IMG/VR virus record: IMGVR_UViG_3300047323_000477
Location: 304-64,303 of that record
DNA from: a virus
Lineage: Duplodnaviria > Caudoviricetes
DNA: 64,000 nucleotides
Strand: one strand, 5' to 3'
Position numbers and translations under genes: made by a program. Under the pieces are notes generated by a model. It searched no databases. It was not told the DNA's origin and saw only the letters and a program-made list of their open reading frames with translations. Below, in pieces: positions 46,818 to 56,735 of the stretch (the stretch's first letter is position 1; each line of letters begins with the position of its first letter).

Positions 46818-47194
46818 CCGCCCCGAGCATGGCCGACCAGCCGCACCAGATCCGCCTCACCTCCAACGGCCTGTCCGGCACCGTGGAAGTGGACGGCGCC
46901 GATATCAGCGCGCAGGTGCAGGGCTACAACCTCGAGGCCCGCGTCGGTACCGCGCCGCTCCTGGTGCTGTACGCCAGCCCCCGTGAGGGCGGTGTTGCCT
47001 TCGAAGGCCTTGCGCACGTCGCGATCGGCACCGAGCAGGACCCCGGCCCGTCGATCGCCGCGTTCCTCGCCAGCATGGACCCGGCCTCCCTCCAGCAGGC
47101 AGCCCTGAACCGCGACGACCTCGAGAACAACAAGTACGGGGTCACCCGGGCGATCCTGGCGCAGCTCGCCGACTGGGCGCAGGGGAAAGCCTGA
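46814..47194 (+). CDS. Hypothetical virion-operon protein
   Basis: RBS GGGAG; ATGA coupling. Confidence 0.75.
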   Translation: MTAPSMADQPHQIRLTSNGLSGTVEVDGADISAQVQGYNLEARVGTAPLLVLYASPREGGVAFEGLAHVAIGTEQDPGPSIAAFLASMDPASLQQAALNRDDLENNKYGVTRAILAQLADWAQGKA

Positions 47195-47652
47195 TGGCCG
47201 GCCTCGACCAGGCGCTCGCCGGCGTCACGCGGTGGATCGGGAACTATCTCCTGATCGACACCGTGCGCATCACCCTGCCCGCCACCGGCGAGCCCGTCCT
47301 GAACACGGGGACCGGGCAGCTCGAGTACCCGGAGGGCGACGTGCTGTACGAGGGCCCCGGCGCGGTGGTCCCGTCCAGCGGCACCACGGAACGGGCAGCG
47401 ATCCAGGATGCTGTCCAGCCGTGGACGCAGCAGGCCAAGCTCTCCTACTTCCTCCTGACCCCTCTGACGGCACCTGTCCCGCCGGAGAACGCGGTGGCGT
47501 CCGTGGTCGGTGTCCACGACCCCGCCCGCACCGCGCTCATCGGCCGGACGTGGACGTGCGCCGGGCCGGGCATGGCCAGCACCGTCGAAGTCGTCCGCAA
47601 GACCCCGCTCGACCAGAACACGCTGCCATCGGACGCAGGCGGTGCGCCGTGA
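47194..47652 (+). CDS. Head closure protein (DUF6093-like)
   Basis: LIDTVRIT...TG...VLYEGPG; position. Confidence 0.72.
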   Translation: MAGLDQALAGVTRWIGNYLLIDTVRITLPATGEPVLNTGTGQLEYPEGDVLYEGPGAVVPSSGTTERAAIQDAVQPWTQQAKLSYFLLTPLTAPVPPENAVASVVGVHDPARTALIGRTWTCAGPGMASTVEVVRKTPLDQNTLPSDAGGAP

Positions 47653-48038
47653 CCCCTGACGAACTCGCCGACCGGCTCGAGCACGCCGCCGACCACATCG
47701 GCGATGCCATCGCCCGCAGGGTCGTACACACCGCCGAGATCGGCCGCGGAATGATCCGGGCCAACGCCAGCGGCCGCCCCGGGCCCAACGTCATCACCGG
47801 GAAGTACCGGGCGTCATGGGAGGTTGCCAGCCGCACCATCCCGTACGGCGCCCAGTGCACCATCGGCACGAACGCACCGCAGGGCCGACGCCTCGAGTTC
47901 GGATTCTGGGACATGACCGACAGCATCGGCCGGCATTTCTACCAGCCGCCGTACCCGCACGTCGGGCCCGCGATCCCGCGCATGGAGGCGGAGCTGCGGC
48001 AGCAGATGCTGGCCGCCGTATCGGAGGTCCTGTCGTGA
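47649..48038 (+). CDS. HK97 gp10-like tail completion protein
   Basis: SGRPGPNVITGKYRASW...RLEFG...QPPYPH..PA. Confidence 0.82.
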   Translation: MTPDELADRLEHAADHIGDAIARRVVHTAEIGRGMIRANASGRPGPNVITGKYRASWEVASRTIPYGAQCTIGTNAPQGRRLEFGFWDMTDSIGRHFYQPPYPHVGPAIPRMEAELRQQMLAAVSEVLS

Positions 48039-48484
48039 TTGAACGCCTGCCCGTCACGATGGCGCTGTCCGCTCTACTCACGTCGGCCACCGGCATTGCG
48101 GTCGGCCGCGGAAGCAAGCCGCCGAACATCACCCCGCCGTACTACCTGCTGCACGCCATGCCCGCCGCATACAGCGGGGCACCGTTCAGCGACCTCAACG
48201 AGGACTCGAGCCTCGTCTACCAGGTGACGTCCGTGTCTGGACCCGACCCCGTAAAGCCCGACTCTCACGGGGTGGCGGACCAGGCTGAGTGGATGGCCGA
48301 CAAGGCCCGCACCGCGATCCTCGGCCGCGACCCGGCAACCAAGCTGTGGCTCCACGAACTGTCCATCCCTGGCGTCAGGGTGATCGGGCGGAGCCTCGAC
48401 ACCGAACCGGGGGGAACGTCTGATCAATCCGATGCCATCATGAGCTATGTGCAGAGGTTCAGGTTCGACCTGACCTCAACCTGA
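48035..48484 (+). CDS. Tail terminator protein
   Basis: PPYYLL...YQVTSV...QAEWMAD; position before the tail tube gene. Confidence 0.75.
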   Translation: MIERLPVTMALSALLTSATGIAVGRGSKPPNITPPYYLLHAMPAAYSGAPFSDLNEDSSLVYQVTSVSGPDPVKPDSHGVADQAEWMADKARTAILGRDPATKLWLHELSIPGVRVIGRSLDTEPGGTSDQSDAIMSYVQRFRFDLTST

Positions 48485-48617
48485 CCCTGGTCAGGCTTTA
48501 CCGCACCGCGGCGGGACCCCACGCGGACGCCACCGACGCAGGTGGCCGCACCCACACACCACGTGTAAGGGGCCGGGTCCGCACCGCCGGATCGCCCCGG
48601 GACAAGGGGCCCATCCC

Positions 48618-49097
48618 ATGCCGGTCAAGAAGTACATGCGGCGCGGAACGTCGAAGTTCTACTTCCTCGAGACGATCGTCGCCACCACCATGATCCCCAG
48701 CCGTACCGAGCTCACCGCCGGCACGGAGTTCTCCGAGTTCATTGCCGCGATGGACGGCTGGACCGTTCAGAACAACGAGATCGAGACGCCGAACATGGCG
48801 GACACCTACGACTCGACGATCCCCGGCAGCGACAAGGCGGACACGTCGACGTTCACGTTCTACGAGGACGAGGTCGAGTCCGACATCGAGGAGATGCTCG
48901 CCAAGGGCACCGTCGGCTACGTCGTCATCCTCCGTAAGGGTGACGTCCCGACGAACAAGAGCATGGACGTGTTCCCGATCCGTGTTGCCTCCCAGTCGCC
49001 GCAGTACACGGCGGACAACGAGGCCGCGAAGTTCGTCGTGACGTGCTCCATCACCTCCCGGCCGGTCCAGGGCGCCGCGGTACCCGCCGCGACCTGA
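48618..49097 (+). CDS. Major tail (tube) protein
   Basis: PSRTELTAGT...GW...IPG; position. Confidence 0.88.
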   Translation: MPVKKYMRRGTSKFYFLETIVATTMIPSRTELTAGTEFSEFIAAMDGWTVQNNEIETPNMADTYDSTIPGSDKADTSTFTFYEDEVESDIEEMLAKGTVGYVVILRKGDVPTNKSMDVFPIRVASQSPQYTADNEAAKFVVTCSITSRPVQGAAVPAAT

Positions 49098-49197
49098 TCT
49101 GCCCCTCTCAGCTCCCGGCCGGGCCCGAGCAGTGTTCGGGAAGGGGCGCCGCACGGCGCCCGGCCGGGCCCCCTTCCCCTGACGGAGGACCCACCTC

Positions 49198-49758
49198 ATG
49201 ACCACCGCACGAAAGACCGCCGCACCCAAGCCGCCCACCGCCGCGATCGATGCCGACGCGCACTGGGCGGCCACCCGGGAGCGGCTCCTCAACCGCACCC
49301 GGCCCACGGTCCGCCTCACGATCTGCGACGACCACGACGCCAAGGAAGCCCTCACCGAAGCGCGATTCGTGGAACAGAGGGCACGCGAAGCAGCCGAACG
49401 GGACCCCAAGAACGAAGCCGCCCAGGCCGTTCTCCGCACCGCCACGGCCAGCCTCACCAAGGCGCAGGCCGCCTTCGACAAGGCGTCGATCGAGCTGCGC
49501 TTCCAGGCGTTGGACCGCAAGACATACAAGGAGCTCCTGGCCGCACACCCGCCGACCGAGGACCAGGCCGAGGACGGCTACGCCTTCAACGTCGACACCC
49601 TGGCGCCCGTCATCATCGCCGCGTCGTCGTTGGACGGCATCACCGAAGAGGACGCCGCACAGTTCCTCGACGACTGGGCGCAGGCCGAAGCCGAAGCTCT
49701 CCTGAACACCGCATTCGGGGTGCAGCGCGAAGAGCGCATGGACCTGGGAAAAGGCTGA
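49198..49758 (+). CDS. Tail assembly chaperone (gpG-like)
   Basis: FQAL...Y..LLAAHPPT; ends in a slippery site. Confidence 0.85.
   Translation: MTTARKTAAPKPPTAAIDADAHWAATRERLLNRTRPTVRLTICDDHDAKEALTEARFVEQRAREAAERDPKNEAAQAVLRTATASLTKAQAAFDKASIELRFQALDRKTYKELLAAHPPTEDQAEDGYAFNVDTLAPVIIAASSLDGITEEDAAQFLDDWAQAEAEALLNTAFGVQREERMDLGKG
49746..49752 (+). other. -1 programmed ribosomal frameshift site G GGA AAA
   Basis: X XXY YYZ heptamer just before the stop; the -1 frame is open to 50120. Confidence 0.85.
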
Positions 49759-50120
49759 TCACCGATGAGGCCCTGCGCGCCGAACTGGAGCTCTGCCACG
49801 AGTTCGGCATGCCCCACAGCCAGTTCAAGGGCGCGGGGGACGGCACGTGGACGCCGAAGGACCGGGCCAAAGCTCTCGCCTATCAGGCGTACCAGCGGAC
49901 CCTGTGCCCGCAGTGCGGGACCCGCGAATCCGAATGGGACCCAGACCTCGGCGGCGACCCCTACGCCTACGTCGCCAGCGCACGCAAGTGCTTCGGCTGC
50001 GAAGAGATCCACCGCGAACAGCAGCACATCCCCGACGGTGCGGCAGGCGCCGGACTGAAAGTCATGCTCCTGCCGGCCTCCGTGGCCGCAGCGATCGAAG
50101 TGCAGAACCACCTGGCCTGA
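49752..50120 (+). CDS. Tail assembly chaperone frameshift extension (gpT-like)
   Basis: RLITDEALRAEL...WT..DR..ALA...CPQCG. Confidence 0.8.
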   Translation, partial: RLITDEALRAELELCHEFGMPHSQFKGAGDGTWTPKDRAKALAYQAYQRTLCPQCGTRESEWDPDLGGDPYAYVASARKCFGCEEIHREQQHIPDGAAGAGLKVMLLPASVAAAIEVQNHLA

Positions 50121-50158
50121 CGGCCTGATCAGTAACCGACGGAGAGGAGGGCGGGCCG

Positions 50159-53100
50159 GTGGCCGAGTGGAACCTGAGCGTAGAACTACGCGGGCAGGGC
50201 AACGACCTCGCGAAGAAGCTCCGCAAGGCAGCAACGGAAGCCCAGTTGCTGAGCGCTGCCGCAAGCGACGCCCAGGACGAGGTGCGCCAGCTCGGCACCG
50301 CCTCGACCACCACGGCGAAGGCCGTCAAGAAACTCGGCACCTCCTCCCAGACCGCCACCGAGCGCCTCCTGGCCATGGCCGCCGAGGCAAAAGCGGCGGC
50401 GAAGGACTTCAGGAAGCTGGAGCGCGCCCTCAAGCGCACGGACGAACAGGTCCGCGCGATGGCGGACAGCGTCCGGATCACCGCCGAACTCGACGACCAG
50501 ACCGCGACCGGTATCGCCGCCATCAACACGGCCATCGCCGATCTCCACGCACTCAGCCCAATCCGGCTCACCGCAGACCTGGATGACCAGACGGCGACGG
50601 GCCTCGCCGGCGTCCGTACCGCCATCGCCGATCTCCACGCACTCAGCCCCATCAACCTGACCGCAGACCTGGATGACCAGACGGCGACGGGCCTCGCCGG
50701 AGTCCGTACCGCCGTGAACGACCTGCAAAGCCTCAGCCCCGTCGACCTCACGGTGAACTTCACCGGCAATAGCGCAGATATCACCGCCGCGGCTACCGCC
50801 ATGGGCGACCTCCGCGACCGTGCCGACAGCGCGCAGACCGCTCTGGCAGACCTCACCACTCAGGCTGCCGCAGCCGCCCCCGCCCTGAACCTGGTCCAGC
50901 AGGAAGCGAAAGACCTCTCAAGAGCGCTGCGTACCCTGCGTGGGCGTGCCGCTGCTGCAGCTGATGCCCTTGATGACCTGAACGTCCGAGCCATGGCAGC
51001 AGCCACCGGCATTCGCACCCTGGGATCCAGGTCGCGAACAGCAAACGGCCACCTGACCACCCTGTCCGGGAACACCCGCACTCTGCGCGGCGACTTGGAC
51101 GACCTTGACGGCAGCCTCACCCGGGTCACTGGCCGTATGGGCGGGCTCCGCGGGTCCCTTGGCACCCTCAGCTCCTCCAGTAACAGCGCGTCCGGCAACT
51201 CGAACAATCTGAAGCAGGCCCTCATCGGGCTGGCCACCGCCCTGATTCCGGTCGCATCCGCCGTGGTGCCGATCGCAGCCGGCATGGCTGCGGCGGGTGC
51301 GGCCGTCGGCGCGTTCGGTGTGGCCGTCGCCGGTCAGATCAAGGCCCTCACCGAATCTGCCGACGCGGAAGAGAAGTACCAGAAGGCGGTCCGCGAGCAC
51401 GGGAAGGCTTCCACCGAGGCCGCAACGGCCGAGAAGGAATACCTGCGCACGATCAGCGAGATGCCCCCGGCAAGCCGGGAAGCCGCCGCACAGCTGGCCG
51501 TACTGAAAGACCAGTACAAGGAGTGGTCGAACGCCCTGGCCGGGGACACCATGCCGGTCGTCACCAAGGGCATGGCGCTGTTCGGGTCGATGCTGCCGCG
51601 CCTGACGCCGCTGGTGAAGGGCACCTCGAAAGAGCTCGACCGGCTGATGAACGTTGCTGCCGGCGGGATGAGAACACCGGGCTTCGACCGGTTCGTGGCC
51701 TCGTTCACTCAGTTCGCAAACGAATCCCTTGCCCGCGGCACCAGCGCCCTCATCCGGTTCACGCAGGTCCTGAACACCGGGAAAATCGGTGGCAGCCTTC
51801 GCGAGTTCCTCGACTACGCCCACGCCAACGGGCCCCTCGTCGCCGACACCCTCGGCAACCTGTCACAGGCCCTCATACACCTCCTGGTCGCCGCCTCCGA
51901 CATGGGCGTCAGCGTCCTCACCGCAGTTAATGCCCTCGCCAAGCTCGTCAACGCGGTCCCCGCATCCGTTCTGTCGGTGTTCCTGCAGCTATACGCGGCG
52001 TTCAAGCTCGTCACCCTCGGCGCCGCGGCCCTCGGGGCAGTCACCGGGTCCGCGGCCGTCGCCCGCCTCGGCGCCTATTTCGCGGTCATGCGAGCGGCCG
52101 GAGTGGCGACCACGCTGCGCGCCACGGCCGCCAGCATGTCGATGATGACGAAGGCCGCGATCGGCCTGGGAGTTCTCGCCGTCGCCGCCGTGGGCATCAG
52201 CAAGCTCGCCGACAAGGCGCGCGGCGCGCCGCCGGACGTCGACCGGCTCACCACCTCGCTCAAGGAACTTGCCGTCACCGGCAAGATGACAGGCGAGTTC
52301 AAAAAGACGTTCGGCGACGTCGACGGTCTCGTCAAAAAAATGGGGGAGCTCGGGAAGGCCGCCAAGGATAACGACGAGTACGTCAAGAGCTTCGGCAACA
52401 GCGGCATCGGCCCCCTCGATGACCTGCGCAAAAAGGCCAACGACCTGTGGCAGGACTTCACCAAGGGCGACAAGTCCATCACCGCCCTCAAGGACGACTT
52501 CGGTGGTCTCGACGAGGCCATGGCGGGCATGGTGTCGTCTGGGTACGGCAAGCAGGCCGCCAGCGACTTTTCGCGGATCCAGGCTGCCGCGAAGAAGGCC
52601 GGCTACTCCACGAAGGAGATCGCGGACCTTTTCCCGAAGTATCAGGACGCTGTTGCCGCTGCCGCTGCCGAGCAGAAGCTGGCCGCCGCAGGGATGGGGC
52701 TCTTCGGGCAGCAGGCTCTCGACACCAAGGCAAAACTGGACGCGCAGAAGGCTTCGGCAGACGGGCTGCGGCAGTCGATCGTCGCGCTGAACGACGTCAA
52801 CCGGGCGGCGCTCGGCGGGATGATCGGGTTCGAGGCGGGCATCGACGCCGCGGCGAAGGCGGCGAAGGAGAACGCCGGATCGCTCCGCATGGTCAACGGC
52901 GAGCTGGACCTGAACAGCCCGAAGGCTCAGGCAGCCGCGACCGCCCTGGCAGACCTCGGTGCGAAGACTGACGCGGCCACGACCGCCGCCCGCGACTCCG
53001 GGAAGTCGTGGGAGTACGTCAACGGGATCTACAAGCGCGGCGAGCAGGCGATCATCAAGAACGCCATGGCGATGGGCCTGAGCAAGGCCGAAGCCACCGC

Positions 53101-54892
53101 GTTCGCCGCGACCGTCCTGACGATCCCGGACAAGAAGTCCACGGTGCTGGAGATGCGCACCGAGGATGCCATCGCCGGTCTGAACTCGGTCATCGCGAAG
53201 ATCAAGGCAACCCCGGGCGCGAAGTCCGTCACGGTGAGGGCCCTCACCACCGACGCGGTGAGCATGCTGGAGCGGCTCGGCTACAAGGTCACCCACCTGA
53301 AGGACGGCCGGTTCAAGGTCACGGCCCTAACTGGGGCGGCCTCCGCCGGCCTGGCCGGGCTACAGCGGCAGCGCGACGGCCTGCGAGACAAGACGGTCCG
53401 GATCACCACGGTCATGACGACGGTCCGGCGGACCATCGCGGAGAACAACACCATTGGCAGGCCCGGCTCCGGTGAGGGCGGGCAGTCGAAGTACGCCAAC
53501 GGTGGGGTCGTCGACTACTACGCCAACGGCGGCATCCAGCGCGGCGGTGTCCAGCACTTCGCGGGCGGCTCCGAGAACCACGTCGCGCAGATCGCCCGGG
53601 CCGGGTCGTGGCGGGTATGGGGCGAGCCGGAAACGATGGGCGAGGGCTACGTGCCGTTCGCCCCGTCGAAGCGCCCCCGCTCCCGCCAGATCACCGAGGA
53701 GATCGTGCGGCGCCTCGGTGGAGACCCGCGCGCAATCCAGTGGAACGCACAGGGCTCCGTCACCGACTGGCGGTACGACCCCCAGTCCGGATCCCTGTAC
53801 TCCGCCTCCGACGCCGGGCAGGCCGGCAACAAGACCAAGAAGGTGAAGGTCAAGGTCAAGGGCAAGACGACCACGAAGGAGGTCAACTACTTCGACCTCA
53901 AGGCCGTCGAGACCCAGCTGAAGAAGAACTCGAAGGCCACGGCAGCCTGGAACAAGGACCTGGGGAAGGTCGCCGACCGGGTCGGTGGGGACGTCGCCGA
54001 CGCGCTCGCCGCGATGGGCAAGGACGGTGTCGCCCTCGCGAAGAAGATGGCGAACGGGTCCACGAAGTACATCAACGACATGGCGAAGGCGCTGCGCGGT
54101 CTGGCCGCGACGGCGAAGGCCAGCCTGACGGACTACACCCGGCAGCTGTCCAAGGCGACCGCCGCCGACACCACGTTCTCGAAGAACCTCGCGACCCTCG
54201 CCGGGAAGGGCTACGGGGACCTCGCCAAGCAGTTGGCGGCGCAGGGCGACACCGCAGCGCAGGAGCTCGCCGCGGCTGCGGTGAAGGACAACAAGAAGGC
54301 GGGGTCGGCCAACAGTGCGGCAAAGAAGGCCAACAACAGCCTGACCAACGACGAGGTGCAGCAGCTCGTCGCCATCATCGCCGCCGTCAAGACCAGCAAG
54401 ACCGGCATCCACGATGTCGCGGACACCACTGGCCTTGGCGAAGACGAAATCATCGCCACCGCCACGAAGGCGTCCTCCCAGATCAAAAGCTCCCTCGGCT
54501 CCCGCGCCTCGAAGTTCCTCGCCGACCTCGCCCGCGCCAACAAGGGCATGTCGTACGCCAACGGTGGGATCCGGGAGGGCATCTACGCCTCCCAGGGCGG
54601 CCTGGTCCGCTGGGCCGAACCGGAGACCGGCGGCGAGGCGTACATCCCGCTCGGACCGAACAAGCGCGCCGCCGCCACCAACGTGCTGCGCGACGTCGCC
54701 GGACGGTTCGGCGTCGGCCTCACCGACGTATCCGCAACCCGCCCGGTCGTCATCGTCCAGGGCGGCGGCGACACCAACGTCAACGTCACCGCAGTACGCA
54801 CCGGCGCCACCGCGTCGGACATCGGAACACAGGTCGGCCGCAGCGTGCGGCGCGCTCGCAGGGGAGGGGTGAACGCCCGTGCCGCTGCCTGA
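50159..54892 (+). CDS. Tape measure protein
   Basis: 1577 aa Ala-rich helical protein after the chaperones; ANGG and AEPETGGEAYIPL motifs. Confidence 0.95.
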   Translation: MAEWNLSVELRGQGNDLAKKLRKAATEAQLLSAAASDAQDEVRQLGTASTTTAKAVKKLGTSSQTATERLLAMAAEAKAAAKDFRKLERALKRTDEQVRAMADSVRITAELDDQTATGIAAINTAIADLHALSPIRLTADLDDQTATGLAGVRTAIADLHALSPINLTADLDDQTATGLAGVRTAVNDLQSLSPVDLTVNFTGNSADITAAATAMGDLRDRADSAQTALADLTTQAAAAAPALNLVQQEAKDLSRALRTLRGRAAAAADALDDLNVRAMAAATGIRTLGSRSRTANGHLTTLSGNTRTLRGDLDDLDGSLTRVTGRMGGLRGSLGTLSSSSNSASGNSNNLKQALIGLATALIPVASAVVPIAAGMAAAGAAVGAFGVAVAGQIKALTESADAEEKYQKAVREHGKASTEAATAEKEYLRTISEMPPASREAAAQLAVLKDQYKEWSNALAGDTMPVVTKGMALFGSMLPRLTPLVKGTSKELDRLMNVAAGGMRTPGFDRFVASFTQFANESLARGTSALIRFTQVLNTGKIGGSLREFLDYAHANGPLVADTLGNLSQALIHLLVAASDMGVSVLTAVNALAKLVNAVPASVLSVFLQLYAAFKLVTLGAAALGAVTGSAAVARLGAYFAVMRAAGVATTLRATAASMSMMTKAAIGLGVLAVAAVGISKLADKARGAPPDVDRLTTSLKELAVTGKMTGEFKKTFGDVDGLVKKMGELGKAAKDNDEYVKSFGNSGIGPLDDLRKKANDLWQDFTKGDKSITALKDDFGGLDEAMAGMVSSGYGKQAASDFSRIQAAAKKAGYSTKEIADLFPKYQDAVAAAAAEQKLAAAGMGLFGQQALDTKAKLDAQKASADGLRQSIVALNDVNRAALGGMIGFEAGIDAAAKAAKENAGSLRMVNGELDLNSPKAQAAATALADLGAKTDAATTAARDSGKSWEYVNGIYKRGEQAIIKNAMAMGLSKAEATAFAATVLTIPDKKSTVLEMRTEDAIAGLNSVIAKIKATPGAKSVTVRALTTDAVSMLERLGYKVTHLKDGRFKVTALTGAASAGLAGLQRQRDGLRDKTVRITTVMTTVRRTIAENNTIGRPGSGEGGQSKYANGGVVDYYANGGIQRGGVQHFAGGSENHVAQIARAGSWRVWGEPETMGEGYVPFAPSKRPRSRQITEEIVRRLGGDPRAIQWNAQGSVTDWRYDPQSGSLYSASDAGQAGNKTKKVKVKVKGKTTTKEVNYFDLKAVETQLKKNSKATAAWNKDLGKVADRVGGDVADALAAMGKDGVALAKKMANGSTKYINDMAKALRGLAATAKASLTDYTRQLSKATAADTTFSKNLATLAGKGYGDLAKQLAAQGDTAAQELAAAAVKDNKKAGSANSAAKKANNSLTNDEVQQLVAIIAAVKTSKTGIHDVADTTGLGEDEIIATATKASSQIKSSLGSRASKFLADLARANKGMSYANGGIREGIYASQGGLVRWAEPETGGEAYIPLGPNKRAAATNVLRDVAGRFGVGLTDVSATRPVVIVQGGGDTNVNVTAVRTGATASDIGTQVGRSVRRARRGGVNARAAA
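50480..50750 (+). repeat. Three 90-bp (30-aa) tandem repeats in the TMP N-terminus
   Basis: TA(E/D)LDDQTATG(I/L)A...TA..DL..LSP x3; copies 2 and 3 are nearly identical at DNA level. Confidence 0.85.
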
Positions 54893-55784
54893 GCTCACGG
54901 ACTGGCAGTACGAACTCGGCGGTGTCCTCATGGGCGCCGACACCAGCGTCCAGATCATCGAGACCACCGGGCTGGGGCGCCCGCCGTCCCGGGAGAACGA
55001 CAGCGACCAGCCGTCGATGGACGGGGCGTTCGCCGGCCCGGACTACTACAGCACCCGGCAGGTCCAGTTCGACGCCGCGGTACGTATCCCGGGCGACCCG
55101 GCCGCCTGCCACGACGTTGTCGCATCCCTGCAGGCCGCGGCCGACGCCTCGACGGTGCGCCTGAGCGGCGGGACGACGATGCCGCTGCGCATGAAGCGCC
55201 CCGGCCGCCCCGTGAAGGTCCTCAACGGACGGCTGAGGAAGGTCGACCCGGAGTACAAGCAGGTCATCCACGGCTACGTCCCCCTCGACCTCGAGTTCGC
55301 CGCCACGGACCCGACGTTCTACGGGGACACGGAGACCACCACCGAGATCCCCCTCGGCTGGCTGACCGGCGGCGGCTTCGCGGCCCCGGTGGTCGCCCCG
55401 ATCTTTGTGCAGGACGGAACGACGGCCGCCGACCGGCCGGGCTGGGCCACCAACCAGGGGACGGCGGACGCCTGGCCGATCATCCGGATCACCGGCCCCG
55501 TCGCCACGGTCACCATCACCCACGCCGAATCCGGCCGCCAGCTTTCCCTGCCCACCCTGAACCTCACGTCCTCGGCCCAGTGGGTGCAGATCGACACCCG
55601 GCCCGGCTACCGCACCGTCACCCGGGAGAACGGCGGCAACGCCTCCGCCCTCCTGTCCCCGTCCTCCCGCATCGACCTGTTCTCCCTGCCGCCCGGCCAG
55701 TCCGAGCTGCGCTGGACCGGGTTCGACAACACCAACGCCGCCCGCATGCGCCTGACCTGGCGCGACGCCTACACCGCCCTCTGA
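54879..55784 (+). CDS. Distal tail protein (Dit)
   Basis: Follows TMP; FAATDPTFY, WPIIRITGP and LPPG motifs. Confidence 0.85.
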   Translation: MPLPELTDWQYELGGVLMGADTSVQIIETTGLGRPPSRENDSDQPSMDGAFAGPDYYSTRQVQFDAAVRIPGDPAACHDVVASLQAAADASTVRLSGGTTMPLRMKRPGRPVKVLNGRLRKVDPEYKQVIHGYVPLDLEFAATDPTFYGDTETTTEIPLGWLTGGGFAAPVVAPIFVQDGTTAADRPGWATNQGTADAWPIIRITGPVATVTITHAESGRQLSLPTLNLTSSAQWVQIDTRPGYRTVTRENGGNASALLSPSSRIDLFSLPPGQSELRWTGFDNTNAARMRLTWRDAYTAL

Positions 55785-55796
55785 GGAGCGCACCCC

Positions 55797-56735
55797 ATGT
55801 CCCTGTACCAAGTGCCGATCCTCGTGAACGGCGCCACCCACTCCGCGGAGCAGTTCCGGGCCATGGTCCAGGACCTGGCGCGCGGCGCCGAAGGCATCAC
55901 CCAGGGCGGCGACCTCAAGGTCACGCAGCTCGGCACACCGGGCACCAGCGTTCAGGTCGGTGACGGCTCCGGAGTGGTGCGCGGCCGCGTCAACGCGTTC
56001 CAGGGCACCTACGCCGTCCGCAACCAGGGCGCAGCCACCGTGCCGATCGCCTCGACCGGCGGGTCCGGGCGCTCCGACATGCTGATCCTGCGCGTCGAGG
56101 ACCCCCAGTACGAGGGCACCCTGAACCCCGCGGTCGACCAGATCAATTACTTCCAGGTCATCTCCGGGGTCAGCTCGTCCGCGACGACGATCCCCGACGG
56201 CCGCACCGGGATCCCGCTCGCCCGGATCGACATCCCCGCGTCCACGTCCACGATCACCAACGCGATGATCAAAGACATTCGGACGGTCGCGAACCCGCGG
56301 CGCGAGACCCGGCTGCTGACGCAGTCCCCGGCCTCCCTGTCCGCCGAAATCACCGGCACATCCAGCACCTTCGCGTACTTCACGACGGCCGCCGGATGGA
56401 ACATCACCATCCCGTCGTGGGCCACCACCGTCCGCGCCCGCGTCGACTTCGCCGGACTCCGCCTGACCACCGGCAACATCTTCGGGTACGTCCGCGCCAC
56501 GTTCGGGGCGTCCCTGACCCTGCAGTCGACGATCGTCGACGACAACCAGGGCACCGTCACCCGCCGCATCCCCATGCTCGTCGCCGACACCCTGACCATC
56601 CCCGACGCCTACCGGGGCACCACCCAGCTCCTGCGCCCCCAGGCCGCCGGAGGCACCGGCAACGCCGGACGCTTCACCGTCGACTCCTCCTCCACGTTCG
56701 TCACCCAGGTCGAGTTCGAGGAGGGGCCCCGGTGA
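55797..56735 (+). CDS. Minor tail/baseplate protein
   Basis: RSDMLILRVED...IPLARIDIPA...I.D.R motif. Confidence 0.8.
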   Translation: MSLYQVPILVNGATHSAEQFRAMVQDLARGAEGITQGGDLKVTQLGTPGTSVQVGDGSGVVRGRVNAFQGTYAVRNQGAATVPIASTGGSGRSDMLILRVEDPQYEGTLNPAVDQINYFQVISGVSSSATTIPDGRTGIPLARIDIPASTSTITNAMIKDIRTVANPRRETRLLTQSPASLSAEITGTSSTFAYFTTAAGWNITIPSWATTVRARVDFAGLRLTTGNIFGYVRATFGASLTLQSTIVDDNQGTVTRRIPMLVADTLTIPDAYRGTTQLLRPQAAGGTGNAGRFTVDSSSTFVTQVEFEEGPR

